A stretch of 64,000 bases of DNA from an uncultured bacterium (GTDB lineage: Bacteria; Fidelibacterota; Marinisomatia; Marinisomatales; UBA1611): contig CBFIBM010000001.1 of NCBI GenBank assembly GCA_965660855.1, positions 326,705 through 390,704 of the forward strand, in the 5' to 3' direction. The stretch's first letter is position 1. The number at the start of each line of letters is the position of its first letter. The translations under genes were made by a program, and so were the position numbers. Positions 28,904-37,309 of this stretch are shown piece by piece. The notes under the pieces were generated by a model, which made no database searches, was not told the origin of the DNA, and saw nothing but the letters and a program-made list of their open reading frames with translations.

Positions 28904-30124
28904 ATGTTAATGTTTAGACATTCTATGAAGATACTATACAAAATTCCTTATCTTGCATTTTTAATAAGTTTGTTGCAATCTCAGGATGATTATAGTTTGG
29001 AGGATATTAATACAAACTCAACATCTTACGGAGACTCCATTGGAATTTCTTATTTTGAAAATAATGTAGTTATCCACTATTTTGGTCATTTTTATTGAGG
29101 GACTTGCACTGCCAGGTTTGGACAGTTAAATAGTCTATACGATGATTTTAAGTCTCAAGGTTTGAACATAGAATTAGTTGGAATTGGTAAAGATAGTCAT
29201 CTTAGTAGTTTAAATAACTGGATAAGCGGAAACTCTGCACCTATTGTTGCAGATGAGAGCCCATTCAATGTTTGGAATAATTGGAACGCAGGACAAAGAG
29301 AAATGTTTATTACGGACTTAAGCGGTAATATTGTTTTTCAAGAAAATATAACAAGTGGTATTCCGGATACTCTTGAAGGATTTTTGTTAGATTTATTATC
29401 ATATAATAGTCCAAGCCTTTGTGAGTTAGGTGATGTGTATGTTTCAGAAGCTCATAACTCTGGAGACCCTGAAGATTATATTGAAATCTATAACTCAACT
29501 AATGAGGATTGTTCTCTTGAAGGATTTCAACTGGATGATTCAAGTTTATTAGATGATTTTACATTTGGAGAAGTTATTCTTTCTGCAGGTGGATACTGGG
29601 TTGGATACGAAGATGACGATGATAGTTTTAGTTCGGGATTAAGTTCAGACGGTGATTCAGTTGTCTTTGCTGACCCTTCTGGTAATTATATAGTGAATAT
29701 CTTAGGACCATCAGAAGAATTCGAAGGGACTTCTTTGACTCACAATTTTTCATCTGATGGAGAGGCTTGTTATTCATTACCATCTCCGGGGTTGGATAAT
29801 GAAGAGTGTATTGTTTTAAAAGTAGATAATAATAGCCATTTAATTAGCACCTTTACATTATTTAATAATTACCCTAATCCATTTAATCCTAAGACTACAT
29901 TTCAATTTAGTTTGGAATATAAAAATTATATAAACATTAATATTATTAACCTTAAAGGCCATGAGGTAAAAAAAATATTAAGTAAAAAAATGGAACCTGG
30001 TATATATTCCATTACATGGAATGCAACAGATAATAACAATGTCATAGTCCCTTCTGGAGTTTATTTTTATAAAGTTCAATCAGGAGCCTTCCATAAAACA
30101 AAAAAAATGATATTAATAAAATAG
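28904..30124 (+). CDS. Candidate selenoprotein: signal peptide - TlpA/redoxin-like domain with U-G-T-C motif (in-frame TGA 29096-29098) - lamin-tail domain - T9SS CTD
   Basis: ORFs 28904..29098 and 29162..30124 share one frame and are separated only by one TGA plus 21 sense codons. The read-through junction is VVIHYFGHFY-TGA-GTCTARFGQLNSLYDDFKSQGLNIELVGIGKD, which matches the redoxin fold with TGA at the first CxxC Cys. The LTD motif is VYVSEAHNSGDPEDYIEIYNSTNEDCSLEGFQL. The CTD is NYPNPFNPKTTFQF...KMILIK. The alternative reading is a recent nonsense pseudogene. Confidence 0.6.
29099..29136 (+). promoter_or_regulatory. SECIS-like bipartite hairpin immediately 3' of the in-frame TGA
   Basis: Lower stem is GACU(29101-29104)/AGUC(29132-29135). 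Upper stem is ACUGCC(29108-29113)/GG-a-CAGU(29120-29126) with a bulged A. The apical loop is AGGUUU, with its GG about 19-20 nt after the U of UGA. Hand-folded; no energy was computed. Confidence 0.45.
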
Positions 30125-30138
30125 CATAAAGGTTTTAC

Positions 30139-30411
30139 ATGAATAAATTATACATGCAGACGATTTTAATTCTAATATTTATGACATTTTCTTTATCATG
30201 CGGCTCTCTTAATAAAGCTCATGGTGAATTGCATTACAACAATAACATATCAAAAGGTCAAGAACTCATTGATTTAAAAAAAGCTTTGGATGAAGGTGCT
30301 ATTTCTAAAGATGAATTCGAATTAATGAAGGAAAAAGTGATAGATAATGAATACACAAAAGAAATTATTGATACTTCGAAGAATGGTATAAAAACTAAAA
30401 TAGTTATTTAG
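30139..30411 (+). CDS. Small lipoprotein with SHOCT-like C-terminal motif
   Basis: Lipobox LSCGS. GAISKDEFELMKEKVI resembles a SHOCT domain. Confidence 0.6.
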   Translation: MNKLYMQTILILIFMTFSLSCGSLNKAHGELHYNNNISKGQELIDLKKALDEGAISKDEFELMKEKVIDNEYTKEIIDTSKNGIKTKIVI

Positions 30412-30417
30412 GTAAAT

Positions 30418-31203
30418 ATGATATCGATTAGATGTATCCTAATCTTAGTTATTTTTACAAAACTTCTATTCTCATCAAAAATTATTTATCAAGATTGTAA
30501 TGAACCATTAGAGCCTCCTTACCATGGAACTATTTTTTTAGATCCAAATATCATCACAAAATTTGACAAGTCCTCTTTCGAGAAGATTGAGTATGTGGGT
30601 AAAGAAGAAAGAGTTATGTTTGATCGGAGATACGATGATTGGATAACCGTAGTACCCTTCATTTTTATAGCATCTTTTTCTGATAATTTAATTATTGAAG
30701 TCCAAGTTAATCCAGAATTTATTACAGTTAAAGATGCGAAAAATATAGCTTCAAAATATTGTATGCCTGTAGGACAACTACCAACTTCTTTAAGGTTGGA
30801 AGTTAAAACCATGTGGATACATCGAGGAATGAAGGCGTTTGGTGGTGGAAATCAAAATATTTTGATACATACAGATTGGTCTGAAATGCATTATGAAGAT
30901 CAAGGAATTCTTGAGGAAACTCTTTTTCATGAAGCGACACATACTTCATTAGACGGCCTTTTTTCAGAGGATGAAAATTGGATCAATGCCCAAGAAAAAG
31001 ATTGTAACTTTATTTCAACCTATGCTTTAGAAAATCCTGAAAGAGAGGATATTGCGGAAAGCTTTTTACCATTTTTTGTAATAAAATTCTTCCCAAATCG
31101 TATACCAGCCTCCATGAACAAAACAATCCTTGAAACTATACCAGCAAGAATAAAATATTTTGATGATAAAGTTTTAGATTATTTTCCGTTAATAATTGAA
31201 TGA
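30418..31203 (+). CDS. Putative secreted zinc-dependent hydrolase (HExxH)
   Basis: Signal peptide and a single HExxH motif (LFHEATHTSLD). No family assigned. Confidence 0.6.
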   Translation: MISIRCILILVIFTKLLFSSKIIYQDCNEPLEPPYHGTIFLDPNIITKFDKSSFEKIEYVGKEERVMFDRRYDDWITVVPFIFIASFSDNLIIEVQVNPEFITVKDAKNIASKYCMPVGQLPTSLRLEVKTMWIHRGMKAFGGGNQNILIHTDWSEMHYEDQGILEETLFHEATHTSLDGLFSEDENWINAQEKDCNFISTYALENPEREDIAESFLPFFVIKFFPNRIPASMNKTILETIPARIKYFDDKVLDYFPLIIE

Positions 31204-31940
31204 AATTTCATCTATTTCTATTTTTAAACCTTATTTCAATACATAATTCTCATGCTATTAATGTTCATGTTTATGATAAAGAATCACAAAAACCTATAGA
31301 GAGTGTAAACATATTTTCTGATCATAAAGGAGTTACAACAAATTTCAATGGTTTTTGTAACTTGGGAATTTTTAATGATGATGAAATAATAAATTTTTCA
31401 TCAATCGGTTATAAACTTTTAAAAATTAAAAAGATAAATGTTTATGAAAATATTTATCTGGAAAGAGAAAATCTTTTATTGGATATGGTTCATGTGGTAT
31501 CATTAAGTAAAGATGAAAAAAGAAAATATAATAGACTTGAATCAGATCTTAGAATTGTTCTCCCATATGCAAAAATGACTGCTAAACTAATAAAAGAGTA
31601 TGAACCTGACCTTCTTAAGATAAATGAATATGTTTTTTATAAAAAATATTTTGGAAAAAAAAAGATTTTTAAAGCAATTGAGGATGATCTAATTAAAACT
31701 TATGGAAATAAGATTCGTAAATTAAAAAGAAGACAAGGGAGGCTATTAATCAAATTGATAGATAGAGAAACTAATAAAACATCTTTCACAATCATTAAAG
31801 AATTTAGAAATATTTTAACAGCAAGTTTTTGGCAATTAACAGCTAAAATTTTTGGACATAATTTAAAATCTTCTTATGATCCCAAAATTGGAAATAACAT
31901 TTATATTGAATACCTTATAAATAAGATAGAAAAAAGTTGA
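31200..31940 (+). CDS. DUF4294 family protein with CarboxypepD_reg-like N-domain
   Basis: RRQGRLLIKLIDRETNKTSFTIIKEFRNILTASFWQLTAKIFGHNLKSSYDP matches my recollection of the DUF4294 core. ATGA overlap with the upstream gene. Confidence 0.7.
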   Translation: MKFHLFLFLNLISIHNSHAINVHVYDKESQKPIESVNIFSDHKGVTTNFNGFCNLGIFNDDEIINFSSIGYKLLKIKKINVYENIYLERENLLLDMVHVVSLSKDEKRKYNRLESDLRIVLPYAKMTAKLIKEYEPDLLKINEYVFYKKYFGKKKIFKAIEDDLIKTYGNKIRKLKRRQGRLLIKLIDRETNKTSFTIIKEFRNILTASFWQLTAKIFGHNLKSSYDPKIGNNIYIEYLINKIEKS

Positions 31941-32509
31941 AATTATTAATTTCATTTAAAATATTATTATTTAGTTATGCTTTTCTCTCAACCACCATAA
32001 ATGGAGAAAAAAATAATATACTTATTTACGATTTTCAAACTTCTAAACCTTCCAGGGATTGGTATATAGTCAATGATAATGTAATGGGAGGATATTCTAA
32101 AGGTTCTGTTTTAAAAAATAAAGATGGTAACGGAATTTTTACTGGAAAAATATCTCTTTACAATAATGGAGGTTTTAGTTCTGTAAGGTATAATTTTGAA
32201 AAAATAGAAGTTTCTTCACTTGATACTTTAATTTTTCATGTAAATGGAGATAATAATTATTATCAAATTCGAACCAAACATTCTTTTTATGATAGACATG
32301 TATATACTAAAAAAACATTTATAAAAAAAGGATGGCATTTTGTAAAAGTTCCTTTAAATGAGATGAATGCTTCTTTTAGAGGTAGAAGGTTACGAATGAA
32401 TAATTTTGATAAATCTCAAATTATAGAAATAGGAATTTTATTTGGAAATAAAGTCCAAGAGAGTTTTAATTTAGAAATTGAATTTATTCGTCTAGGTAAA
32501 TATAAATGA
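31937..32509 (+). CDS. CIA30-like (complex I intermediate-associated protein 30 family) domain protein
   Basis: Signal peptide. W.IVNDNVMGGYSKGSV motif typical of the CIA30 family. TTG start overlaps the upstream stop. Confidence 0.75.
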   Translation: MKLLISFKILLFSYAFLSTTINGEKNNILIYDFQTSKPSRDWYIVNDNVMGGYSKGSVLKNKDGNGIFTGKISLYNNGGFSSVRYNFEKIEVSSLDTLIFHVNGDNNYYQIRTKHSFYDRHVYTKKTFIKKGWHFVKVPLNEMNASFRGRRLRMNNFDKSQIIEIGILFGNKVQESFNLEIEFIRLGKYK

Positions 32510-32653
32510 AGTTAAAATATGTTATTTGATTCCTTGAAAATATTTCTTAAGTGTATTGATTGAGTAGTAATGGAGTAGATAAACTATTTGAACTTTTGTT
32601 AAATTCAATGTAAGATTATCTATCTTATTAAAATTTTAGAAAAAAGGGTATAA

Positions 32654-33610
32654 ATGAAAGTTAAAATATCATTTTTAATAATTGTTTTTTTTGCACTTAA
32701 TTGTGCTGGTGATAAAACAAATAAAAAAGAAAGTGAAACTATAAATCAATTAAAAAATGATGAATCTCAAAAGGTGAAAGATGAAAAAAATGCTGCGCAA
32801 CTAAAAGCTGAAAAAGATGCCGAAGCTAAAAAAATAGCGAAGCTAAAGGCTAAAAAAGAAGCGGATGCCAAAAAAAGTGCAGAGCGTAAAGTTAAAAAAT
32901 TAGCTGAAGAAAAAAGACTTAGAGAATTAAAAGCTAAGAAAGATGCTGAAGCTAAAAAGTTAGCTGATTTAAAAGCCAAAGAAAAAGCAGAGGCTCAAAG
33001 GCTAGCTATTGAACAGTTAGCTAAAGAAGAAGCCAAACGTTTAGCAGAGAAAGAAGCCTTAAAAATTGCAGAACAATTATTAAAAGAAGCTGAAGCCAAA
33101 AAGCTTGCAGAGAGAGATCTTTCCAAACAGGTTGGTGAAATAAATTCTCAAGGTGAAAGAGATGGTAGTTGGGTTTTTTATAATAAAGAAGGTAAAAAAG
33201 AAAAAGAAATTAAATATGATAATGGGCAGGACACCCTATGGGTCTATTTTAATGATAAAGGACTAAAAGAACGTGAGGGGAAAAAAGTAGATGGAAAGGA
33301 AGAAGGAAGTTGGACTTTCTACAATGAAAAAGGGATAAAAGAAAGAGTCTCTGAACATAAATCAGGGAAAGAAGATGGTATTTATTCTTTGTGGCATGAA
33401 AATGGTCAAAAGAAAGAAGAAGGACCATATAAAGGTGAGACAAGAATTGGTGAGTGGACTTGGTGGTATGAAAATGGAACTAAATGGCAAGAAGGAAGTT
33501 ATCTTAATGGTCAAAGAAATGGTACTTGGAAAACTTGGAAAAGAAATGGAAAGCGGTGGAAGGATGAAACATTTGATAATGGTGAATTTGTCAGTCGAAA
33601 AAAATATTAA
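32654..33610 (+). CDS. Lipoprotein with Lys/Ala/Glu-rich coiled-coil region and C-terminal MORN-variant repeats
   Basis: Lipobox ALNCAG. A TolA-like KAKKDAEAKKLA repeat region of about 113 aa. Then repeats of the type G.K.G.W.(F/W)Y.ENG.K..EG. Confidence 0.7.
   Translation: MKVKISFLIIVFFALNCAGDKTNKKESETINQLKNDESQKVKDEKNAAQLKAEKDAEAKKIAKLKAKKEADAKKSAERKVKKLAEEKRLRELKAKKDAEAKKLADLKAKEKAEAQRLAIEQLAKEEAKRLAEKEALKIAEQLLKEAEAKKLAERDLSKQVGEINSQGERDGSWVFYNKEGKKEKEIKYDNGQDTLWVYFNDKGLKEREGKKVDGKEEGSWTFYNEKGIKERVSEHKSGKEDGIYSLWHENGQKKEEGPYKGETRIGEWTWWYENGTKWQEGSYLNGQRNGTWKTWKRNGKRWKDETFDNGEFVSRKKY
32792..33130 (+). repeat. Imperfect in-frame low-complexity repeats encoding (A/E/K)-rich heptad-like units
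   Basis: Reiterated gct-aaa-aaa-ga(a/t)-gc(t/g)-ga(a/t)-gc(t/c)-aaa-aa(a/g)-tta-gct units are visible in the DNA. They also generate spurious ORFs in other frames and on the opposite strand. Confidence 0.6.
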
Positions 33611-33658
33611 TAAAACCTATTAAAATAATTTTCTTATCTAAGTTTGGTAAATTAGAGA

Positions 33659-34135
33659 ATGGATACGTTTAGCCATGCCTTGTGGGGGAAAGGCTTATTT
33701 GGATATCGTGGTTATGGAAAATCTGCCATATTTTTTGGTGCAATGCCAGACCTATCTTCATTTGGCTTATTATTTATTGTAAACTTGATCACGAGAAGTA
33801 ACCAAGAATTTGGACCTCCTAAAATAAAAGATATCCCTGATTGGGTTTTTTTAAATTATGATGTAACACATAGTTTTGTTATTGCATTTGGGTGTTTGTT
33901 TTTTACTTATTTTATTAATAAAAGTTTTGCTTTTGCCATGTTAGCATGGCCGTTTCACATTTTATTAGACTTCCCATTTCATTCTAAAGCATATTTTCCA
34001 ACAAAATTATTTTACCCTTTAACCAGTTTTTCTTTTGATGGCATTCCTTGGTCAAATCCAGAGGTGTGGTTCCCTAATATATCAGGGATAATAATTTTAT
34101 TTATTTACAGATATAAATCAAACATTAGTGAATAA
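33659..34135 (+). CDS. Membrane-bound metal-dependent hydrolase-like protein (DUF457/YdjM-like)
   Basis: MDTFSHALWG start and a multi-TM profile with conserved His residues. The assignment is tentative. Confidence 0.55.
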   Translation: MDTFSHALWGKGLFGYRGYGKSAIFFGAMPDLSSFGLLFIVNLITRSNQEFGPPKIKDIPDWVFLNYDVTHSFVIAFGCLFFTYFINKSFAFAMLAWPFHILLDFPFHSKAYFPTKLFYPLTSFSFDGIPWSNPEVWFPNISGIIILFIYRYKSNISE

Positions 34136-34238
34136 TAATTCTTAAAAAATAAAACTTTATTAAAGTAACTTAAGTGAGGAATAATTAACATAATCTATCA
34201 GACATACTATGCGTTCACTTAATTAGGAAAAATAGCCT

Positions 34239-34943
34239 TTGAACAATCTGAAAAACGATAATATTTATTTAAATAAAAAGGAACATATATACACGTTAAG
34301 ATCAAATCCTTCTATTCAATTTACTAGTGTTACAACTTTTGTTGATAAATTTTTTGAAAAATTTGACTCAAAAAAAATTGCTAAAAAACTAGTTGAAACA
34401 CACCCTAAATATTCAAACTTAACAATCGAAGAATTAATTAAAGAATGGAAAGATGCTGCTGACCATGGAACTTTTGTTCATGAGGAAATTGAAAGTTGGA
34501 TCAATGATGAGAAAATTCCTTCAGAAAATAAATCGAAATATGGAATTAGGTGGCTGCATCAATATAAGAAAAAATCTAATTTGGAGATATTTCCTGAGAT
34601 CATTATATATAGCGAGGAACTTAAAATTTCTGGCACAGTAGATATACTTGCCTTAAATAAATATTCAGGTAAATATGATATTATTGATTGGAAAACATCA
34701 AAAAAGATAAACAAGAGGTCATTCAATCGTAAAATGGGTATAAAAGCGTCTACTTATAATATTATGGATTGTAATTTTAGTCATTATTCTCTTCAATTAT
34801 CGATGTACAGGTATTTACTTGAGAGATATTATGGCTTGGAAGTTGATAATCAATATATTGTACAATTAAAAGAAGACTCTGCTATTCCATTTTCCACGCC
34901 TTATATGAAAGAAGATATTATACGGATGCTTGGTGATAACTAA
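34239..34943 (+). CDS. PD-(D/E)XK superfamily nuclease (Cas4/RecB-nuclease-like core, no Fe-S cysteines)
   Basis: Ordered motifs: GTFVHEEIE, GTVDIL (D), IIDWKTS (D/ExK) and QLSMYRYLL (QxxxY). TTG start. Confidence 0.7.
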   Translation: MNNLKNDNIYLNKKEHIYTLRSNPSIQFTSVTTFVDKFFEKFDSKKIAKKLVETHPKYSNLTIEELIKEWKDAADHGTFVHEEIESWINDEKIPSENKSKYGIRWLHQYKKKSNLEIFPEIIIYSEELKISGTVDILALNKYSGKYDIIDWKTSKKINKRSFNRKMGIKASTYNIMDCNFSHYSLQLSMYRYLLERYYGLEVDNQYIVQLKEDSAIPFSTPYMKEDIIRMLGDN

Positions 34944-35804
34944 ATGTCCTACATTAAAAAAATTAAAAAAGAAAATAATAACATTATACTTTACAAGTGC
35001 CCAGAGCCTGTTGCTGAACTATTAATACCATCAGGAGAAACTCTTCTCTTAGCTTTTTTAGACGTAGAAACAACTGGACTTAATTACCAAGTTGATGAGA
35101 TAATTGAGCTGGCTGTAAAAGTAATATCAATTGAAAAAAATACTGGTAGTATAATTAATATAGTAAACTCATATGAGTCATTTAATGAATCTATTAAGCC
35201 GATTGATGAGAAAATTACAAAAATAACAGGTATTAATAAAAAAATGGTTCAAGGGAAAGAAATAGATTGGAATAATGTTGAAGAAATTCTTAAAGATGTT
35301 GATGTTATAATTTCTCATAATGCTTCATTTGATAAACCTTTTATTGATTCAAACTTAGAGTTATCAAAAAATAAATTATGGGCTTGTTCTATGAAAGATA
35401 TTGATTGGATGGAGAAAGGGTTTGTTAGTTCCAAACAAGAAATGCTATGTCTATGGCATGGATTTTACTTCGATGCACATCGCGCGATGAATGATGTAGA
35501 TGCTTTAATCCATCTTATAACACATCCGTTTTACGAAAATAATAAACCTATTATCGAATTATATAATAATTCAAAAATTGTACAGTATAATGTATGGGTT
35601 ACTAATTTCCCATATAATGCTGAGAAAAAAGATAAAATTAAATCCAATGGCTATTTCTGGAATAATGAAAAAAAACTATGGTTCAAGAGAGTGTCTAAAG
35701 AAGAATTGGAAAAAGAAAAGCAATATCTAATAAAAATTATTTATTTTGACACTTTTGATGGATTTATTGAAGCAATAGACCCAAAAGATAAATATAAATC
35801 TTAA
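34944..35804 (+). CDS. DEDDh 3'-5' exonuclease (DnaQ-like) with C-terminal DUF5710-like module
   Basis: ExoI FLDVETTGL..DEIIELA, ExoII ISHNASFDKPF, ExoIII HRAMNDVDAL. The C-terminal FPYNAEKKDKIKSNGYFWNNEKKLWF resembles the DUF5710 motif. It starts 1 nt after the upstream stop. Confidence 0.85.
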   Translation: MSYIKKIKKENNNIILYKCPEPVAELLIPSGETLLLAFLDVETTGLNYQVDEIIELAVKVISIEKNTGSIINIVNSYESFNESIKPIDEKITKITGINKKMVQGKEIDWNNVEEILKDVDVIISHNASFDKPFIDSNLELSKNKLWACSMKDIDWMEKGFVSSKQEMLCLWHGFYFDAHRAMNDVDALIHLITHPFYENNKPIIELYNNSKIVQYNVWVTNFPYNAEKKDKIKSNGYFWNNEKKLWFKRVSKEELEKEKQYLIKIIYFDTFDGFIEAIDPKDKYKS

Positions 35805-35837
35805 AATTTTTTACAACATAGTACCCGAAAAGAGAGT

Positions 35838-36383
35838 ATGTATTTTATGAAATTCATTAAGCTTCCATGTATTGTTCTAGTTTCAAGCCTGTTAATTTTT
35901 TCTCAATCTAGTTTAGAAAGACAACTGAAAGAATTAGATGAATTAAGGGCAAAGCTTGATGGGTTAAAATCAATAGAAACTAAAGAAAATAATAATGGTA
36001 TGAGTGAAATTGATATTTGGTCATTCATAAAATCTTCATGGGAGAGTCAGCTTAAAGGTGAAGATTGGGTTTCAAAATTTTGCTCAGATGAGGTTTCTTA
36101 TTGGAATTCTGAACTACCGATACCATATGATATTGAATCGTTAGCTAGAATTTCATCTTATAAAAAAAATAATACAAAAATGCTTTTTTACGATATAAAT
36201 GAAATTAAAATATTAGTGAAATCAAAGCTAGCATTAGTGTTCTATTATTACAATTCTGAAATTTTAGATGCGAGTGGCAGAATTATCAAGAACCAAGGGA
36301 AAATATCCGATGTAGTAATATTAGAAAATAATCTCTTGAAAATTATATCAAGAATAGAAAATCCGCTTAAGGTTATTGAATAA
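35838..36383 (+). CDS. Secreted hypothetical protein (possible SnoaL/DUF4440-like fold)
   Basis: Signal peptide and an alpha+beta C-terminal region. Weak assignment. Confidence 0.5.
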   Translation: MYFMKFIKLPCIVLVSSLLIFSQSSLERQLKELDELRAKLDGLKSIETKENNNGMSEIDIWSFIKSSWESQLKGEDWVSKFCSDEVSYWNSELPIPYDIESLARISSYKKNNTKMLFYDINEIKILVKSKLALVFYYYNSEILDASGRIIKNQGKISDVVILENNLLKIISRIENPLKVIE

Positions 36384-36386
36384 ATA

Positions 36387-36896
36387 GTGCACTTTGTTTT
36401 TAAATATATTTTTTTTATTTCTTTTGTAATTTTTTTTTCATGTAATAGTGATTTGAAAGATAATGCAGGTCTTTTGAAGAGCAACCCAACTGGGTTTTAT
36501 GGCGAAAGTTATAAGCCTGATGTTAATTATGATATTTCATCTCTACTAAATGACTCAGATGATTTAATAGGTGAAATTGTTGAGGTTCAAGGCAGGGTGA
36601 CTGAAGTCTGTCCATTAAGAGGTTGTTGGGTGAAAATTTCCGATATTTCTAAAAAAGAAACAATTAGAGTAAAAGTTGACGATGGTGAAATTATTTTTCC
36701 TCTTTCAGCGCTTGATAGAATAATTAATGTCAAGGGAATTTTTAAAAAAATTTTATTTACTGAAGAGCAAGCAATTAATTGGAAGGTTCATCTCGCCGAG
36801 GAAAAGGGAATACCTATAAAGCCTGAAATGGTAATAATAAATGAAGAAGATTTATTTGAATTTAGGATTGACTGTTCTTCAGCTCAAATTTTCTAA
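36387..36896 (+). CDS. DUF4920 domain lipoprotein
   Basis: Lipobox FFSCNS. VEVQGRVTEVCPLRGCWVKISD...IRVKVDDGEIIFP is typical of DUF4920. GTG start. Confidence 0.7.
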   Translation: MHFVFKYIFFISFVIFFSCNSDLKDNAGLLKSNPTGFYGESYKPDVNYDISSLLNDSDDLIGEIVEVQGRVTEVCPLRGCWVKISDISKKETIRVKVDDGEIIFPLSALDRIINVKGIFKKILFTEEQAINWKVHLAEEKGIPIKPEMVIINEEDLFEFRIDCSSAQIF

Positions 36897-36904
36897 TAAT
36901 TAAA

Positions 36905-37303
36905 TTGATTAAAAGTCATATGATTGGTGTAGTAGGCGGAATAATTAAGAAAGATCAAAAAGTTTTGATATGTAGAAGAAACCTAAATCAACCAATGCCC
37001 GGATATTGGGAGTTTCCTGGTGGAAAAATTGAATTTGGAGAAACTGAGAAAGAATGTCTTAGAAGGGAATTAAAAGAAGAATTAGATATTAACTCAAAAG
37101 TCGGTACTTTAATTAGCAATTATAAATATAATTATTCTGAAAAATCTTTTAATTTATTTTTTTATAATATTTCTAGTTACAAAGGAAAAATTAAAAATAG
37201 AGTTCACGATAAAATAATTTGGGAAAAAATAGAAAATTTTAAAAAGTATAAATTTCTTCCTGGTGATGTACCTTTAATAAATGAATTTCTAAAGCTAAAA
37301 TAA
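36905..37303 (+). CDS. mutT: NUDIX hydrolase, MutT-like 8-oxo-dGTP diphosphatase
   Basis: Nudix box GGKIEFGETEKECLRRELKEELDI preceded by WEFPGG; 132 aa. Confidence 0.85.
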   Translation: MIKSHMIGVVGGIIKKDQKVLICRRNLNQPMPGYWEFPGGKIEFGETEKECLRRELKEELDINSKVGTLISNYKYNYSEKSFNLFFYNISSYKGKIKNRVHDKIIWEKIENFKKYKFLPGDVPLINEFLKLK

Positions 37304-37309
37304 TTAACA

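Noticed and set aside
29096-29098. TGA reassigned to Trp or Gly (genetic code 4 or 25) as the explanation for the in-frame stop
   Set aside because: TGA ends several genes whose lengths and C-termini match their families (grpE 2739-2741, rsmD 6974-6976, the FmdB-like gene 7788-7790, yceI 16101-16103). No other recognised gene in the window needs TGA read-through.
28904-30124. Treating 28904-29098 and 29162-30124 as two independent genes
   Set aside because: The thioredoxin-fold homology runs continuously across the stop: beta1 lies before it, and the xxC-alpha1-beta2 segment lies after it, in the un-called 63 nt. The second ORF would lack a signal peptide despite carrying a T9SS CTD, and its TTG start has no convincing RBS. 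One gene, either a selenoprotein or a nonsense pseudogene, is the better reading.
32767-33623. ORFs 32767-32979 (-), 33249-33443 (-) and 33375-33623 (+)
   Set aside because: These are by-products of the repetitive Lys/Ala/Glu and MORN-repeat coding sequence of the 32654-33610 lipoprotein gene.
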